From assembly GCA_002269645.1 (NCBI GenBank), contig NIVC01000009.1, positions 1 to 64,000 on the forward strand: a DNA stretch of 64,000 nucleotides. Direction: 5' to 3'. Positions 1 to 13,404 of this stretch are shown in pieces (the first letter of the stretch is position 1; each line of letters begins with the position of its first letter). The stretch comes from Macrostomum lignano. Its lineage: Eukaryota. The notes under the pieces are model-generated. The model worked only from the letters and a program-made list of their open reading frames with translations. It did not search any database and had not been told where the DNA came from. The position numbers were made by a program, and so were the translations under genes.

Positions 1-222
1 ATGGGCAGATATGAGCAGTCTGTCTTCTGGGTTACTCAAAACGTACAAGCACTGAGCCTAATTTAAACTAGACTTGGAGCGAGTAAATCTTATGACTTTT
101 CCGTTTAGTGACGTCAACAACAATCCCGTCAGCCGTTCAATTTTTTCATCTCTGATTGGTGAACCCCGCGCTGCACATGCAGACTGTGCAAAAGCCTTAC
201 AATTTGATATCGGGAAATCCTA

Positions 223-3200
223 TCACTCGTCACTTTCATCCTCAGACAGGTCGTGCGGCACCTCAAGGCCAGCGTTGAGCGTCACCTGCGTGCTGCGACT
301 GAGGCTGACGGCCGGGTAGAGAGTGCCAGTCAGGTTGGTGAAAGCCACTGGGCCGTGCGGCGCCCCGTTCAGATAGTAGCTCAGCGTGCCCCTGTCGCAG
401 TCCAGACGGACGCCGACGGTCGCACCGCGTGCGATTCCGCCGTCAGTGCGCTCGAAGTGTTCGCCGCTGTGTAGGAACCAGCTGCGCTTGAAGTCTATGT
501 ACATGCACCAGGCTTTGTGGTCGCGGCCTGTCCAGGGGGGGACAGCGTACCAGCGTAGTTAGTTTTAACACTGATTGGGAGTATGATGTACATGTATGCC
601 TTAGATTACAAAGGAAGGCAAAAGTCGGAGTTTTTAGTTTAGGGGGGCAGGGAGTGAGGTGGCTGTCGGAGTGTGCGGTTTGGAACCTGGGGGCAGGGAG
701 TGAGGTGGCTGTCGGAGTGTGCGGTTTGGAACCTGGGGGGCAGCAGGGAGTGAGGTGGCTGTCGGAGTGTGCTGTTTGGAACCTGGGGGGGGGGCAGGGA
801 GTGAGGTGGCTGTCGGAGTGTGCGGTTTGGAACCTGGGGGGGCAGGGAGTGAGGTGGCTGTCGGAGTGTGCGGTATGGAACCTGGGGGGGCAGGGAGTGA
901 GGTGGCTGTCGGAGTGTGCAGTGCAGTAGTAGCAGTGTGAAGGGCATAAGAGTAGTTAAAAAGCATAACTGGTGTTTCCTGCAATGTACATGACTCCGTC
1001 GGGCTGGGAGAGAAAGGATGCTGTCCAAGACCCACCGAGCTTCTCGTCCTTGCGACAGTCGATCCTAGCAACACCGAACGCCGGATCGCCTTTGTCGTCG
1101 TAGCGGTCCACGGAAAACTCCCAGTAGTGCTGGCCGCGGGACAGCCCCGCCGAGCAGAGCGCGACCCGATCGTCCAGGACTGAGGCGGTGGCGGTGCAGC
1201 CGCGGTTGGTGAACACCAGGTCGCGGTGAGAGGCATCCGGGCAGAACTGGAAGCTAGCCCGGGCGGCAGTGCGCAGCCGGACAAAGTCGCTGTAGGCTGA
1301 GTCACCTGTAGGGCCGTGAGCTCGAACCCGGGCCTGGTAGACGGCGTCAAATCGAAGCGACTGCACGCAGCAGGCCGAATCTGGGCCGCGGTAGCAGCGC
1401 TGTGGTGGATTTTGAAGATTTTCCTGACTATAAGCGAACCCCAACCATAGGAATCCCCTGGAATCAGCCCCTCTCCGTCTTCTAAACTTCCAAAGCGTAT
1501 CTCACCTTGAATCCACTACCTCTTCCGTCGTCAATTTCCAGACTAAAAGCTTCGGGCGTCGGGCCAGAGCGACCAGCCGACCAAGCGATTGTAAGAGTGT
1601 TGTTCTCCGACTTGCACTCGCCTTTCAGAATGACCGGCTGGGAGGGAGCTGGCGAAATGGGCAGGTTGTAAGAAATTCAATTTATTACTGTTGTATCTAT
1701 CGAAGAGATGAGACGATGGAAAAAATTTAGTATATAGTGGATATACCTTTTCCATCTAGAGCATTAAATTTAGAGTGGCAGGGGTGGCTGTCGGAGTGTG
1801 CAGTAGGGGCAGGGAGTGAAGTGACTGTCAGAGTGTGGTTTGGAGGGGCAGGGAGTGAGATGGTTGTCCGAGTGCGGTTTGGAGGGACAGGGAGTGAGGT
1901 GGTTGTCCGAGTGCGGTTTGGAGGGGCAGGGAGTGAGGTGGTTGTCCGAGTGCGGTTTGGAGGGGCAGGGAGTGAGGTGGCTGTCGGAGAGCGGTTTGGA
2001 GGGGCAGGGAGTGAGGTGGCTGTCGGAGAGCGGTTTGGAGGGGCAGGGAGTGAGGTGGCTGTCGGAGAGCGGTTTGGAGGGCAGGGAGTGAGGTGGCTGT
2101 CGGAGTGCGGTTTGGAGGGGCAGGGAGTGAGGTGGCTGTCGGAGAGCGGTTTGGAGGGGCAGGGAGTGAGGTGGCTTTCGGAGAGCGGTTTGGAGGGGCA
2201 GGGAGTGAGGTGGCTGTCGGAGTGCGGTTTGGAGGGGCAGGGAGTGAGTTTCGTTGCTTGTTGATGGTTCGGACGTTGCTGATTATTGCTGAATCGAAAA
2301 TATTCGAAGGTCAGAGTGAGAACTCCACTTTCCAAACTGATCAGAATTACTAACTAATTTTCTGAGATGCATATTGGATAAGAAAAGAATAGCAAAAGCA
2401 AAAGAATGTGTTAAAATTTACGTTACTAACAATGAGGATCACAACATAACGACAGTATCGATATACACTGAAAAAAGGCCAACAATGCACAGATGCAGCG
2501 GCAAATGAAAATAATTATTTGCCGCTGGTGAAAATGAAATGAAAATAATATTTAATAACGTAAATTCACACAACCGCAAAAACGAAAATGAAAGCAGCTC
2601 ACAGCAGTTGAGACAGATAAGCCAGCTCAGGTAGAACAGGCATTAAGCCACTTAATAAATATTATCTGGGATCACAGCACCGCAGACGGGTTCGCATTAT
2701 TTATATGCTAACTAAATGGGGGCAGAACAAAACCCTCTATTATGACAAAGTGCTTTGAGATAAACACCTTTCTGGCTGCAGGCTGAGGCCTGGTGATAGA
2801 CAGTCGGTAGGTCTGGCCCGTCTGTGTGTGCGGGTTCAGTCAGGGTTTCAGCTGCATTTTTCTTTATCAAAAGGATTTTCAAGCACCTTGCTCACCTGTC
2901 AATTATCAGCTGATTAGCTCATCTGTCAACCATCAGCTGACTAGCTCACCTGTCAATAATCAACTGACTAGCTCAACTGTCCAATCATCAACTGACTACC
3001 TCACCTATCAATCATCAGCTGACTAGCTCACCTGTCAATCATCAACTGACTAGCTCACCTGTCAATCATCAACTGACTACCTCACCTGTCAATTATCAGC
3101 TGACTACACCTATCAATCATCAACTGACTAGCTCACCTGTCAATCATCAACTGACTAGCTCACCTGCAAATCAAAGACTAATCCCAACATCAGTCTAAGA

Positions 3201-6200
3201 AACAGCTCAATAACTCACTTTTGTGCTCGGAGAACGCCAGACTGTTGATGGCCACCAGGACCGGTTCCGGGTCCAGGCGGATCTCGAACTGCTCGCTGAC
3301 CCTCGGCCCGGATTCCGTCTGGCGCTGCAGACTCCGCTGCATGCCGGCCGCCCGGTCCTGCATCGCGGCCGACACCTGCGTGAGGATGGGGGGTGGGAGG
3401 TTCCGTTCTAAGCTCGAGTGTGGAGCAGACTGTAGTTTGGAGTGGATAAAGACTGCAGATTGGAGTAGATAAAGACTGTAGTTTATGTAGATTGGATTGG
3501 ATAAAGATTAGTCTGGAGTGGATAAAGACTACGAGCTAGTTTGGAATGGATAAAGACTAGTTTGGAGTGGATAAAGACTGTAGATAAGAGTGGATAAAGA
3601 CTGTAGTTTATGCAGATTGGAGTGAATAAAAACTGTAGTTTATGCAGATTGGAGTGGATAAAGACTGTAGATAGGAGTGGATAAAGACTGTAGTTTATGC
3701 AGATTGGAGTGGATAAAGACTGTAGTTTATGCAGATTGGAGTGGATAAAGACTGTAGTTTATGCAGATTGGAATGGATAAAGACTGTAGTTTATGCAGAT
3801 TGGAATGGATAAAGACTGTAGTTTATGCAGATTGGAATGGATAAAGACTGTAGTTTATGCAGATTGGAGTGGATAAAGACTGTAGATTGAAGTTTGGCCT
3901 CAACAAGCCTTCAGCTTTCTCACCGCGATGAAGGCGGCCGGTTCAGTCTCCCTGAGCAGCTCAACGCACAGCTGCAGCAATCCAGTTGCCTTGGCCAGCG
4001 AGGAGGCGCACTGGGCCGCCTGGTCTCTGGTGAGCCTGAGCTTGTGCTCCTGCTCAGATGCCAGCTGGCTCAGCATCACCTGCTTCTTTGACTGCAGAGC
4101 AGACACCAGCGAGTCAAACTGCTCTGTGACCGCTGCAGCCATGACCTCCCGGTTGGACTGGGATAAGTTATATAAATTAATAGATTTGACGCAAATTAGG
4201 CACAATATTTTCAATACCAGCAATAAATTCACTTTCCTTCTCACCTTGATTCGCTCTGAACTGGATTTCAGCCGCTGCAGGAATTCCGAACCGGATTTTG
4301 CTTGCTCTGACAGACTCTGCAGGGCCTGGGACAGCTCAGTCTGGATTGTTGTTTTGAGGAATAAAATTTGTGGGTAAGTACAAATATGAATATGAATGAA
4401 TACGAATGATTATATCAATAAATGTGAATAAAAATAAGCGTTTATTGACCTGTAAAGACAGGACTTGCTTTTTAATGAAGATAGGGCCTGATGACCTCCT
4501 ATACAGACAGGGCCTGATGACCTCCTATACAGACAGGGTCTGATGACCTCCTATACAGACAGGGCCTGATGACCTCCTATACAGACAGGGCCTGATGACC
4601 TCCTATACAGACAGGGTCTGATGACCTCCTATACAGACAGGGCCTGATGACCTCCTATACAGACAGGGCCTGATGACCTCCTATACAGATAGGGCCTGAT
4701 CATCTCCTATACAGACAGGGCCTGATGACCTCCTATACAGACAGGGTCTGATGACCTCCTATACAGACAGGGCCTGATGACCTCCTATACAGACAGGGCC
4801 TGATGACCTCCTATACAGACAGGGCCTGATCATCTCCTATACAGACAGGGCCTGATGACCTCCTATACAGACAGGGCCTGATCATCTCCTATACAGACAG
4901 GGCCTGATCATCTCCTATACAGACAGGGCCTGATCATCTCCTATACAGACAGGGCCTGATGACTTCCTATACAGACAGGGCCTGATCACCTCCTATACAG
5001 ACAGGGCCTGATGACCTCCTATACAGACAGGGCCTGATGACCTCCTATACAGATAGGGCCTGATCATCTCCTATACAGACAGGGCCTGATGACCTCCTAT
5101 ACAGACAGGGCCTGATGACTGATATCTGACTCGGGCAACGGCAAGCAGTAAAAGTACAATCAAAGGTTAAACTAATTTGATCGGATCGAGGAAAACAACT
5201 GGCAATCCAACATACTGGTAATACTTATCTATACTTATCAAAGCACTTGCCTGCCCCGCATACCTCAAACTACCGGGAGGAGCTGCCCCAGCTGAACTCC
5301 CTGGACTGTAATGAACACGCTTTGCATGCTTTGTCTCTACGGAGAGGGTGAGGCCGGGTAGCCAAGTGATTGTGATTGAGTGGTGCGCCTCTCCTTGGGG
5401 AATTCGTAAGCTCGCACAGCCATAAGCGCGCGAAAGTCAACTGCAGGTGGCATCGCAGAGTCGGAAAGAACTGCAGTAGGGGGGGGGGGGTAAATGCAGG
5501 TGCCTTCCTTCAAGGGATAAGCGGCCAAATCTGCAAAAGGAGTTTCCAGGATGGGGGTCGCGGGGCCAAGAGGAGGGCCGCTGACATTTTATCAGCTAGC
5601 GGCATCGCGAGCGGCAGCGAGACTTCTCGGCGCCAACTGGACCGTCTCCCCGTCTCTCCCTCGGGGAGGGGGGGAAGTGAAGACAGACGATGGCCAGAGA
5701 GGAAGCTGGGAAGCTACAGGTAGGGGCAGGGACCATTTTTTCTTCATCCGATCTGCGTTGTGTTACGCGCGCTTTCGCCCTGGCGCAGTGGGACTAAGGG
5801 GGAGGGTGGGCACCGCACTTGGCACCTACGGCCTGTGCATTGTGTTGCTTTTTCATTTGCTCTCCCTCATGCGTTTCCTCCCGCTTGCTGGCTGCGCTGC
5901 ATAATTGGGACTGAAAGAATTCCGAGGCCACTTCGTCGCCTCTGGAACAACTAAAAGAAGAAGCAGAAACTGCAAAAGAAGAGAAACGAAAAAGCAACAG
6001 GCGAACGCATGCGGAGGGCAGGGAGGCGGGGGCGGGAAGGAGCCTAATGAAGACTTTCGCGCTGCTCGCTCCCAGCCTCCCACTTGTCTTCCATCGCCAC
6101 CAGCTCTCCGCCGTGTTGCCTGATGTTTATGGCTTTACAGTGGGTGGAAAATAAAGTTTCTATTTTTATTGATATATTATTTATTGCCGAACACTGCTAG

Positions 6201-9200
6201 CTGGTTGCCGCATGCAGAAGACACAGCATCAGAATGAGGAAGCCAGAAAATCCCCTGCTCCAAAACGTAACACTTTGAATATATGAGGGAATTAATTCAA
6301 ACTGATAAAGTTCTCACTGATTTCTTCTTACAACAGTGCTAACCTCTGCTGCTTAGAGGATAACCCGCAAGCCGTTGAGCTCTCCCGCTCATTCTTGATG
6401 AGGTTTTGGGAGTTTAGGGGAGATTTCTACCCTCTTTGATCCCAGCCGTGATGAGAGTGACTGACTGAGCAAAATTTGGGGCAGAGGGGGGGGGGTAACT
6501 GGCGGCCAGGGATGCTCAGCAGAACAAGGACTTCTAAATAAAGTTATCTGGATTGGAAACCGACCAATCGCTAGACCGTCGAACAATATTATTTAATCTA
6601 CCTAATTGAAGCTAAGAACTTGAATTCTACATTAATACTTTCCTTTGTCCAAGGACTCCTACTCGTAGTATGGACAGCTGAAGTACCTGAATAGAAGAAG
6701 GACGCTCCAGACAAGCGTTCTAGTTAGAGCTCCTTGGCTGAGCCGCCAGACAGATGGCCCGCCGTAATTCATATTGGGAAGCATTGGTGTTGGGGACGGT
6801 GCCCTGTGATCCCGTTAATTCCCACCCGCGGCATTTTTTTGCTGAAGGTTGCAGCGGGATACGGGAACGGGTTGGACAGAGAGAGGAATGCGCTCCCATC
6901 AATTTGGGATTGTTGCATTAAATATTAAATTGGCTTGAATTGCCGGTCAGCCTCTGTGCGTATGCTGGGGCCGGTGCAGATACTGCAGTGCATGGGGACT
7001 GTCAAAGAATATAGCTGCTGTCTAACAGGATATAGCTGCTGTCTAACAGAATATGGCTGCTGTCTAACAGAATTTAGCTGCTGTCTAACAGAATATGGCT
7101 GCTGTCTAACAGGATATAGCTACTGTCTAACAGAATATGGCTGCTGTCTAACAGAATATAGCTACTGTCTAACAGAATATGGCTGCTGTCTAACAGGATA
7201 TAGCTACTGTCTAACAGAATATAGCTGCTGTCTAACCGATAATAGCTGCTGTCTAACAGGATATAGCTACTATCTAACAGAATATAGCTACTGTCTAACA
7301 GAATATAGCTGCTGTCTAACAGATATTAGCTACTGTCTAACAGAATATAGCTACTGTCTAACAGAATATGGCTGCTGTCTAACAGAATATAGCTACTGCC
7401 TAACAGATAATAGCTACTGTCTAACAGAATATAGCTACTGTCTAACAGAATATAGCTACTGTCTAACAGGATATAGCTACTATCTAACAGAATATAGCTA
7501 CTGTCTAACCGATAATAGCTGCTGTCTAACCGGATATAGCTACTGTCTATCAGAATATAGCTACTGTCTAACAGAATATAGCTACTGTCTAACAGAATAT
7601 AGCTACTGTCTAACAGAATATAGCTACTGTCTAACAGAATATGGCTGCTGTCTAACAGAATATAGCTACTGTCTAACAGATAATAGCTACTGTCTAACAG
7701 AATATAGCTACTGTGTAACAGAATATAGCTACTGTCTAACAGGATATAGCTACTATCTAACAGAATATACCTACTGTCTAACCGATAATCGCTACTGTCT
7801 AACAGAATATAGCTACTGTCTAACAGGATATAGCTACTGTCTAACCGGATATAGCTACTGTCTAACCGATAATAGCTACTGTCTAACAGAATATTACAGT
7901 AACTAAAACCAAGTGGAAGCGTGCAAGTTGCCACTCAGGAGCGGCAGTTCAGCCCGAGCGAATTCGCCCTTTTAGCCAAGCGCAGTCAGGCAGGAAAACC
8001 GGACAGAAGAGCCGGGACCATCTCTTCAAGGCCGAATGAAGATGACAACGGCCATGGGAAATGGACTGGCAGTGCTTCACCTGGGCTGGGGCTTATGCGA
8101 ACCGGAGAGCTTTTCGGGACACCTCAGGTGGAATGAAACCCCCCCCCCGTAGTTGTCTAGTGGGATTTCTTTTCTCCCGGAACTTTGTCCTCAACCAAGG
8201 AGATCTAGAGTCAGAAGCTGGAGAGCCAACTCCTTACTGAACTCCACATTTTCAGACTACTGTAGGCTGATTGCGGCCTGACAAAGCCTTGCATTTTCAG
8301 ACAACTGTAGGCTGATTGCGGCTCGACAAAGCCTTGCATTTTCAGACTACTGTAGGCTGATTGCGGCTCGACAAAGCCTTGCATTTTCAGACAACTGTAG
8401 GCTGATTGCGGTGACATTAGACAGACTTGTCCTTCCTTTGTAAACTGAAGAACCGCAGTCGGCCTATAGTTGTCTGAAAATGACAAGTGTTTGATGAGGC
8501 CACTCCAGGTTGTGACTGTAGGTGTCCCTGCCTTCGTAACGCGCGATTGCCACTGCTCCAGTGGGGAGGGGGGGCTCTGAGAAGGGATTCTCTGTAATCC
8601 GCATCTGCTGGCATCCCGCAAGAGCTTATCGAAGCCGCATTGAAGCGGGGCCCGTTGCAGTCTTATCTGCGAACTCCCAGGTGCCGAAATCTGCTCCCAC
8701 CGCTCCCCAAACGCTGGTAGCTCCTGCTCTCTGTTTGACTCACATTTGAGGTCAAATCAGTCCAGCCGGCAAGTGCAGCTCAACGAGTTTGGGTGATAAG
8801 AATCTGCTAGCAAACAAACTTTGCACATCGAATAGCTCTCGGGCGGTAAACTGTACGATCTTACAAAGGAAATATATTGATGGTGAGTGCAATCAGAGTC
8901 GGTGATGGTGACCTCAAAGTGAGGTGAAGAATATGCAACTAGGGGTCAAACTGGAGCTGAACTAATAGGCTTGAACCATAGACAATGCAATTGAGCTCCA
9001 TTATTAGAATTCCAAGGACAACTAAATTAGGACGGCAAACTATCTCGTAAATTTCTTAGAAAATGTTAGAGGCTGGTTTTCGACGAAAAATACACTACGG
9101 AGATAGAAGCTTTCACCTTTTTTCATACTAAAATTGTTATTGCTTTTGATAGGAGGCAGACCCAATGCTCATCTTTTGATACCAGTATGTTGTGCCTTTC

Positions 9201-11244
9201 TTATAGCTCTATTGATACTCTATTGATATTCAAACTTTACTTTTTTTAACTACCACCATACTAATGCATTCGATCACCCACGTGGTGCTTTAAGCAAGTC
9301 TTGGACCTCCCGGATCTCTAAAATTTCTAGCCTGTGATGGCAATCTGGGAAAAGAAACCAATGTCTAACCAATGCGGGAATTTTCCCAGGAAATTAATGC
9401 TGCCCGCGCCCAGAATTCCAACAGTAATGGACAATTTGTTTGCCCGGTTGCGTCAGGCAGAACCTCAAGAAGCTGTCGGAAGGCCCTGGCGACTTTTAAA
9501 TAAAGATGCAGGTAGAATATTTTAGGAATTTCTTTGCTGTTGGTGACTCAGAGCCTTGTTAGGAAAAGTGTGTAGGATTTTAGATATTACTGTAAGCTGT
9601 GGCAGACTACAGTTAGACATCCGAGTGCCTTCTTTAAATATGACTTCAGAGTGAGTTCTTCGGAGATGTCCTCAGAGTGACTTCTTCATAGATAGATGTC
9701 TTCGAGGTGACTACTTCCGAAATGTCTTCAGAGTGACTTCTTCGGAGACGTCCTCAGAGTGACTTCTTCAGGGATGTCCTCAGATTGACTACTTCAGGGC
9801 TGTCCTCAAGGTGACTACTTCAGAGGTGTCCTCAGAGTGACTTCTTAAAAAATGTGTTCAGAGTAACAACTTGGGAAATTTCCTCAGAATGAGATCACCT
9901 CGGAGATCACCTCAGAGTGACTTCTTTAGAAATGTCTTCAGAGTGACTTATTTCTAGGTGTTCACAACAAAGAACCCAGTGGTCCTCCCATTAGAATAAA
10001 ACAGCCTCTCCGGCATCTCAGCACAGCCTCAAACAACCAACGCACCTTCTGAGCTTTGCAGGCGGCCGGCAGCGGTACAGGCTGGTGCCGCTCGCCGCCG
10101 TCGCCGACTCCGCCGCCGCCTCCGCCGCCGCAGGGTTCCTCGCCGGCGCACAGGCCGCAGGCGAAGCTGCCCCGGCAGGAGAGGCAGAAGGCGCCCGGCT
10201 CGCCCGGGTGTCTCCGGCAGTCGTTCAACTCGACGACATCTTCGTCGTTGCCGCAGTCCTGGCTGCCGTGGTCTTTGTTAGCCGAAGAGGCGGCGGCAGC
10301 GGCGGAGACAAGCCGTTCGAGAGCGCGATTGGCCGGCAGCTGCTGGCTGTGCGGCGGCGCCACCGGCTTGCGGCAGGCCGGGCAGAGGAAGCCGCCGATT
10401 GTGCCAGCAGCGCCGGAACTTCCTGCGCCGCCGCCGCCGCCGCCGCTGCTGCCGGAGCCGCTGGAAGCTGAAACAAAAATGTTTCTAATGATTGTCTTCA
10501 GGCTGAGTTGCTTTTTAACGAAAACCTCCGGCTTGTCATAAAAACCACGTAAGTTTCTTAGAAAAAGGGGTTGTAGCCTAGTGATTAGAGTGTCGGATTC
10601 ACGACTCAAAGGTCGGCGGTTCGATTCCAGATTCCACTGGAATAATTTGTGTCCTTGAGCAAGACACTTAACTCTGCATTGCTTCAGTTCAGCTGGGGAA
10701 ATGGAGGGTGTGTGTGGCGACCCCCCAGTCCTTGGACTGAACAGCCGTACGCAGCCTTCAGATGCGCCGCGCAATAGCTGCGGCTGAGCTGTCGGTTGCA
10801 CATCTGGCCCAATTTTGGCAGGTGTAATCAATCAATTATTATTATTATTAAGTGCCCGAAAAAAACTTTTCTAGTGCCCAGTTTTCCAAGAAACATAATT
10901 GCATTTTTAAACGTAGTATTCGCGTTAAATATTATATCTTGCTAAGATTTCTAAGAAACTTTCTAGGTCGAAGAAAACTGTAAAGCAATTTCCTCGCAGT
11001 AGTTTGCAAGAAACCGCTCACCAGCGGTCACCAAACTGTCCGGCCTGGACGCCGGCAGGGACACGCCCGAGTCGGTCTCGGACAGCACGGACATCTGGTC
11101 GTCCGCCGGGGCCTGCTGGATGCCGGCCCAGCAGTCGCGGCACAGCGAATGTCCGCATGGCAACAGCAGCGGCCGGACGAACCAGGCTCTGCACAGCGGA
11201 CACTTCAGCTCCTGCTCGAGGCCTTTGCCGATGCTGCCGGACAT
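223..11244 (-). CDS. TRIM9: TRIM9/TRIM67-like (MADD-2-like) E3 ubiquitin ligase: RING, one B-box, coiled coil/COS, FN3, SPRY; 8 coding exons
   Basis: Exons read from junctions: 11244-11022 (C3HC4 RING CPLC..CGH..CRDC, plus [12 protein letters not shown] motif typical of TRIM9), 10467-10046 (B-box), 4340-4245, 4157-3924 (coiled coil), 3375-3219, 1648-1506 (FN3 start; not in ORF track), 1399-1036 (FN3/[15 protein letters not shown]), 527-223 (SPRY, stop). All junctions are GT-AG and keep the frame. Confidence 0.85.
643..917. repeat. ~45-bp minisatellite (GGCAGGGAGTGAGGTGGCTGTCGGAGTGTGCGGTTTGG core) in TRIM9 intron
   Basis: About 6 tandem copies visible. Confidence 0.9.
1775..2250. repeat. 39-bp minisatellite, same core as 643-917
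   Basis: About 12 tandem copies. Confidence 0.9.
2890..3165. repeat. 27-bp minisatellite
   Basis: Unit CTGACTAGCTCACCTGTCAATCATCAA. Confidence 0.9.
3420..3890. repeat. 32-bp minisatellite
   Basis: Unit TGTAGTTTATGCAGATTGGAGTGGATAAAGAC. Confidence 0.9.
4482..5120. repeat. 26-bp minisatellite
   Basis: Unit AGGGCCTGATGACCTCCTATACAGAC. Confidence 0.95.
7005..7895. repeat. 21-bp minisatellite
   Basis: Unit AGAATATAGCTACTGTCTAAC; produces spurious 323-aa and 202-aa ORFs. Confidence 0.95.
8240..8410. repeat. 45-bp tandem repeat, about 4 copies
   Basis: Unit ACAAAGCCTTGCATTTTCAGACAACTGTAGGCTGATTGCGGCTCG. Confidence 0.85.
9012..9305. mobile_element. Diverged MITE, same family as 24754-25047
   Basis: Starts CCAAGGACAACTAAATT. 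Shares the internal block AAAAATACACTACGGA...GATAGGAGGCAGACCCA..TGCTCATCTTTTGATAC with the reverse strand of 24830-25010. Confidence 0.55.
9645..9950. repeat. Degenerate ~22-bp tandem repeat
   Basis: CAGAGTGACTTCTT..AGATGTC(C/T)T units. Confidence 0.75.
10567..10850 (+). mobile_element. tRNA-derived SINE with CORE-like segment and (ATT)n tail
   Basis: A-box TAGCCTAGTG and B-box GGTTCGATTCC, then TGTGTCCTTGAGCAAGACACTTAACTCT (resembles the MIR/CORE-SINE core), ending ATTATTATTATTA. Confidence 0.7.
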
Positions 11245-11369
11245 TGCGAAGAGAGACTGGCAGACAGACTGGGAGATGCAGAGGTAGGGGGTGGGTGCTG
11301 TCCTGCGAAATATTAATTTATTGGTTTGCCGGCATTTTGGTGATTAAAGCGTAGAGTACTTTGTCTCTG

Positions 11370-11630
11370 GTAGTCACTGTGGTAGTCAGAGTGGATGGTC
11401 AGATTGTGGTAGTCAGATTGTGGTAGTCAGATTGTGGTAGTCAGATTGTGGTAGTCACAGTGTGGTAGTCACAGTGTGGTAGTCACAGTGTGGTAGTCAG
11501 AGTTTGGTAGTCACAGTGTGGTAGTCAGAGTTTGGTAGTCAGAGTGTGGTAGTCACAGTGTGGTAGTCACAGTGTGGTAGTCAGAGTTTGGTAGTCAGAG
11601 TGTGGTAGTCAGAGTGTGGTAGTCACAGTG
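11370..11630. repeat. 14-bp minisatellite
   Basis: TGGTAGTCA(C/G)AGTG units. Confidence 0.9.
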
Positions 11631-12044
11631 TACATTTAGTAGTCATTCCCCTTATCAATAAATTTAGAGGTTGCATACCACACTTTAGTAGAAAGTGAAA
11701 GCCAAATAAAAAATCCGCTCACCTTGCTAATTATCTGCAACCTGATGCCGAAAAATGTCTTTCCAAATCAGTTCGGCTGAGACGAAGTTCCTAATGGTTG
11801 CTAAATCCAGTTCTGCTGCGAATTAGATGCGAATTTGTGGAGGCAATATCAGCATATTTACTGTGTTGGCTAATGTATGATATTTTGCTTTACCAGCTGC
11901 TGCACCCACTCGCCAGCGAATAGGGTTGCAGCTTGGCTCTGATTGGTTGGGCAGTGCCAGTGAATAATAATGAGCTAATAGTCGACGGTCCAGGAGACAG
12001 TGCCTACGGGCCTACAGGGAGTCAGAGGGAGACGTGAAAAAAGG

Positions 12045-12420
12045 AGATGAGGAGGTAGAGGAACGTGGAGAGGTAGAGGGAGATGAGGGAGAGAGGTAAG
12101 GAGGTAGAGTGAGGTGGAGAGGTAGAGGGAGATGAGGGAGAGAGGTAAGGAGGTAGAGGAAGGTGGACAGGTAGAGGGAGATGAGGGAGAGAGGTAAGGA
12201 GGTAGAGTGAGGTGGACAGGTAGAGGGAGATGAGGGAGAGAGGTAAGGAGGTAGAGGGAGGTGGACAGGTAGAGGGAGATGAGGGAGAGGGGTAAGGAGG
12301 TAGAGGAAGGTGGAGAGGTAGAGGGAGATGAAGGAGAGAGGTAAGGAGGTAGAGGTAGAGGGAGATGAGGGAGAGAGGTAAGGAGGTAGAGGAAGGTGGA
12401 GAGATAAAGGGAGATGGGGA
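12045..12420. repeat. Purine-rich composite tandem repeat
   Basis: GGTAGAGGGAGATGAGGGAGAGAGGTAAGGA units. Confidence 0.85.
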
Positions 12421-13404
12421 GGTAGAGGGAGGCGAGGCCTGTAGCCAGCCTCTAAAGGCCGGTTCACACTACAGCCGCATTTTAGAAATGCAGTTTAGAC
12501 AGATTTTAAAATTGGCTGAAGGTAAAGCGAACTGGCCTCTTAGTGTTGATATTTATTTCTAATCCAGATAAATAACTTAGGAGGCCTTGGCTTTTGACTT
12601 TAGCAGGTGAACCTTAATATTCGCTTAGGATGTATATGTGTATAGCAGCAAGTTACTATATTGTTACAAGTACTGCAGTACTAGAATTACTAGACAGTAT
12701 TGCAGCTTCATAATCAGTCTGGCAACAGTGCAGGCACATATAAATCTGCTACTGATACGATAGAATAAATAGCTGCATCAGAATCTAGAGGGAGATGCAC
12801 AGGGGGGGGGGTGCCGAGAGGAAGGCGCTCACACGAGAGATGGCTGGCTACTACGGTCGAGACACTAAACCGCATACTGAAGCCCATAGGCCACCACAAT
12901 GGTGTTGGGTATGGTCGTGTACGAGCGTATTACCCTGTTTAAGTGCCGATTACAGAGAGAGATGGGGCGTGAGCGCCGTTGGGTACGCCTATAGAATTTA
13001 TGGGGATAAAATCCCCGCTTAGCAAAATGGAATAATATTTACGACTTAGCTAGTTGGTTACGCTGGACTCTGCCTGGGCACCCACGCGCCGTTTCCTGAT
13101 CGCAAGGGCTGTCCGCTTTTAACGCCTGATTATTTATGGCGCTAAATGACGATGGCCTCTGGCGCATTGGGCTGGGAGCCGGGAAAAATACTGTAAATTA
13201 TAAGTCCGCCTGACACTTGAGGTAGCAAAGTAGAATTGAATAGCGGGAGGTGCTGCAGGATTCACTGATTGCTAATTGCAGAAATGGATGGACTCAGCGA
13301 ATGGAAACGCAAGCTGGACATGAGTGTACCGAATCTCTTACCGGAGAATTCGACGTTAAAAAGTACAATATGAGAATATGGTGTACTATAGCCGGTATAA
13401 CATA

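Noticed and set aside
4482-5120. CTGATGA (hammerhead core) in tandem units here and at 14750-15260
   Set aside because: No GAAA half-core or stems, so not a retrozyme
5337-6130. Cluster of short GC-rich ORFs in TRIM9 intron 2
   Set aside because: No recognisable domain or consistent exon; could be an alternative promoter or UTR but is unsupported
6935-7934. 323-aa Cys/Tyr-rich and 202-aa ORFs
   Set aside because: 21-bp minisatellite inside a TRIM9 intron; no splice or codon support
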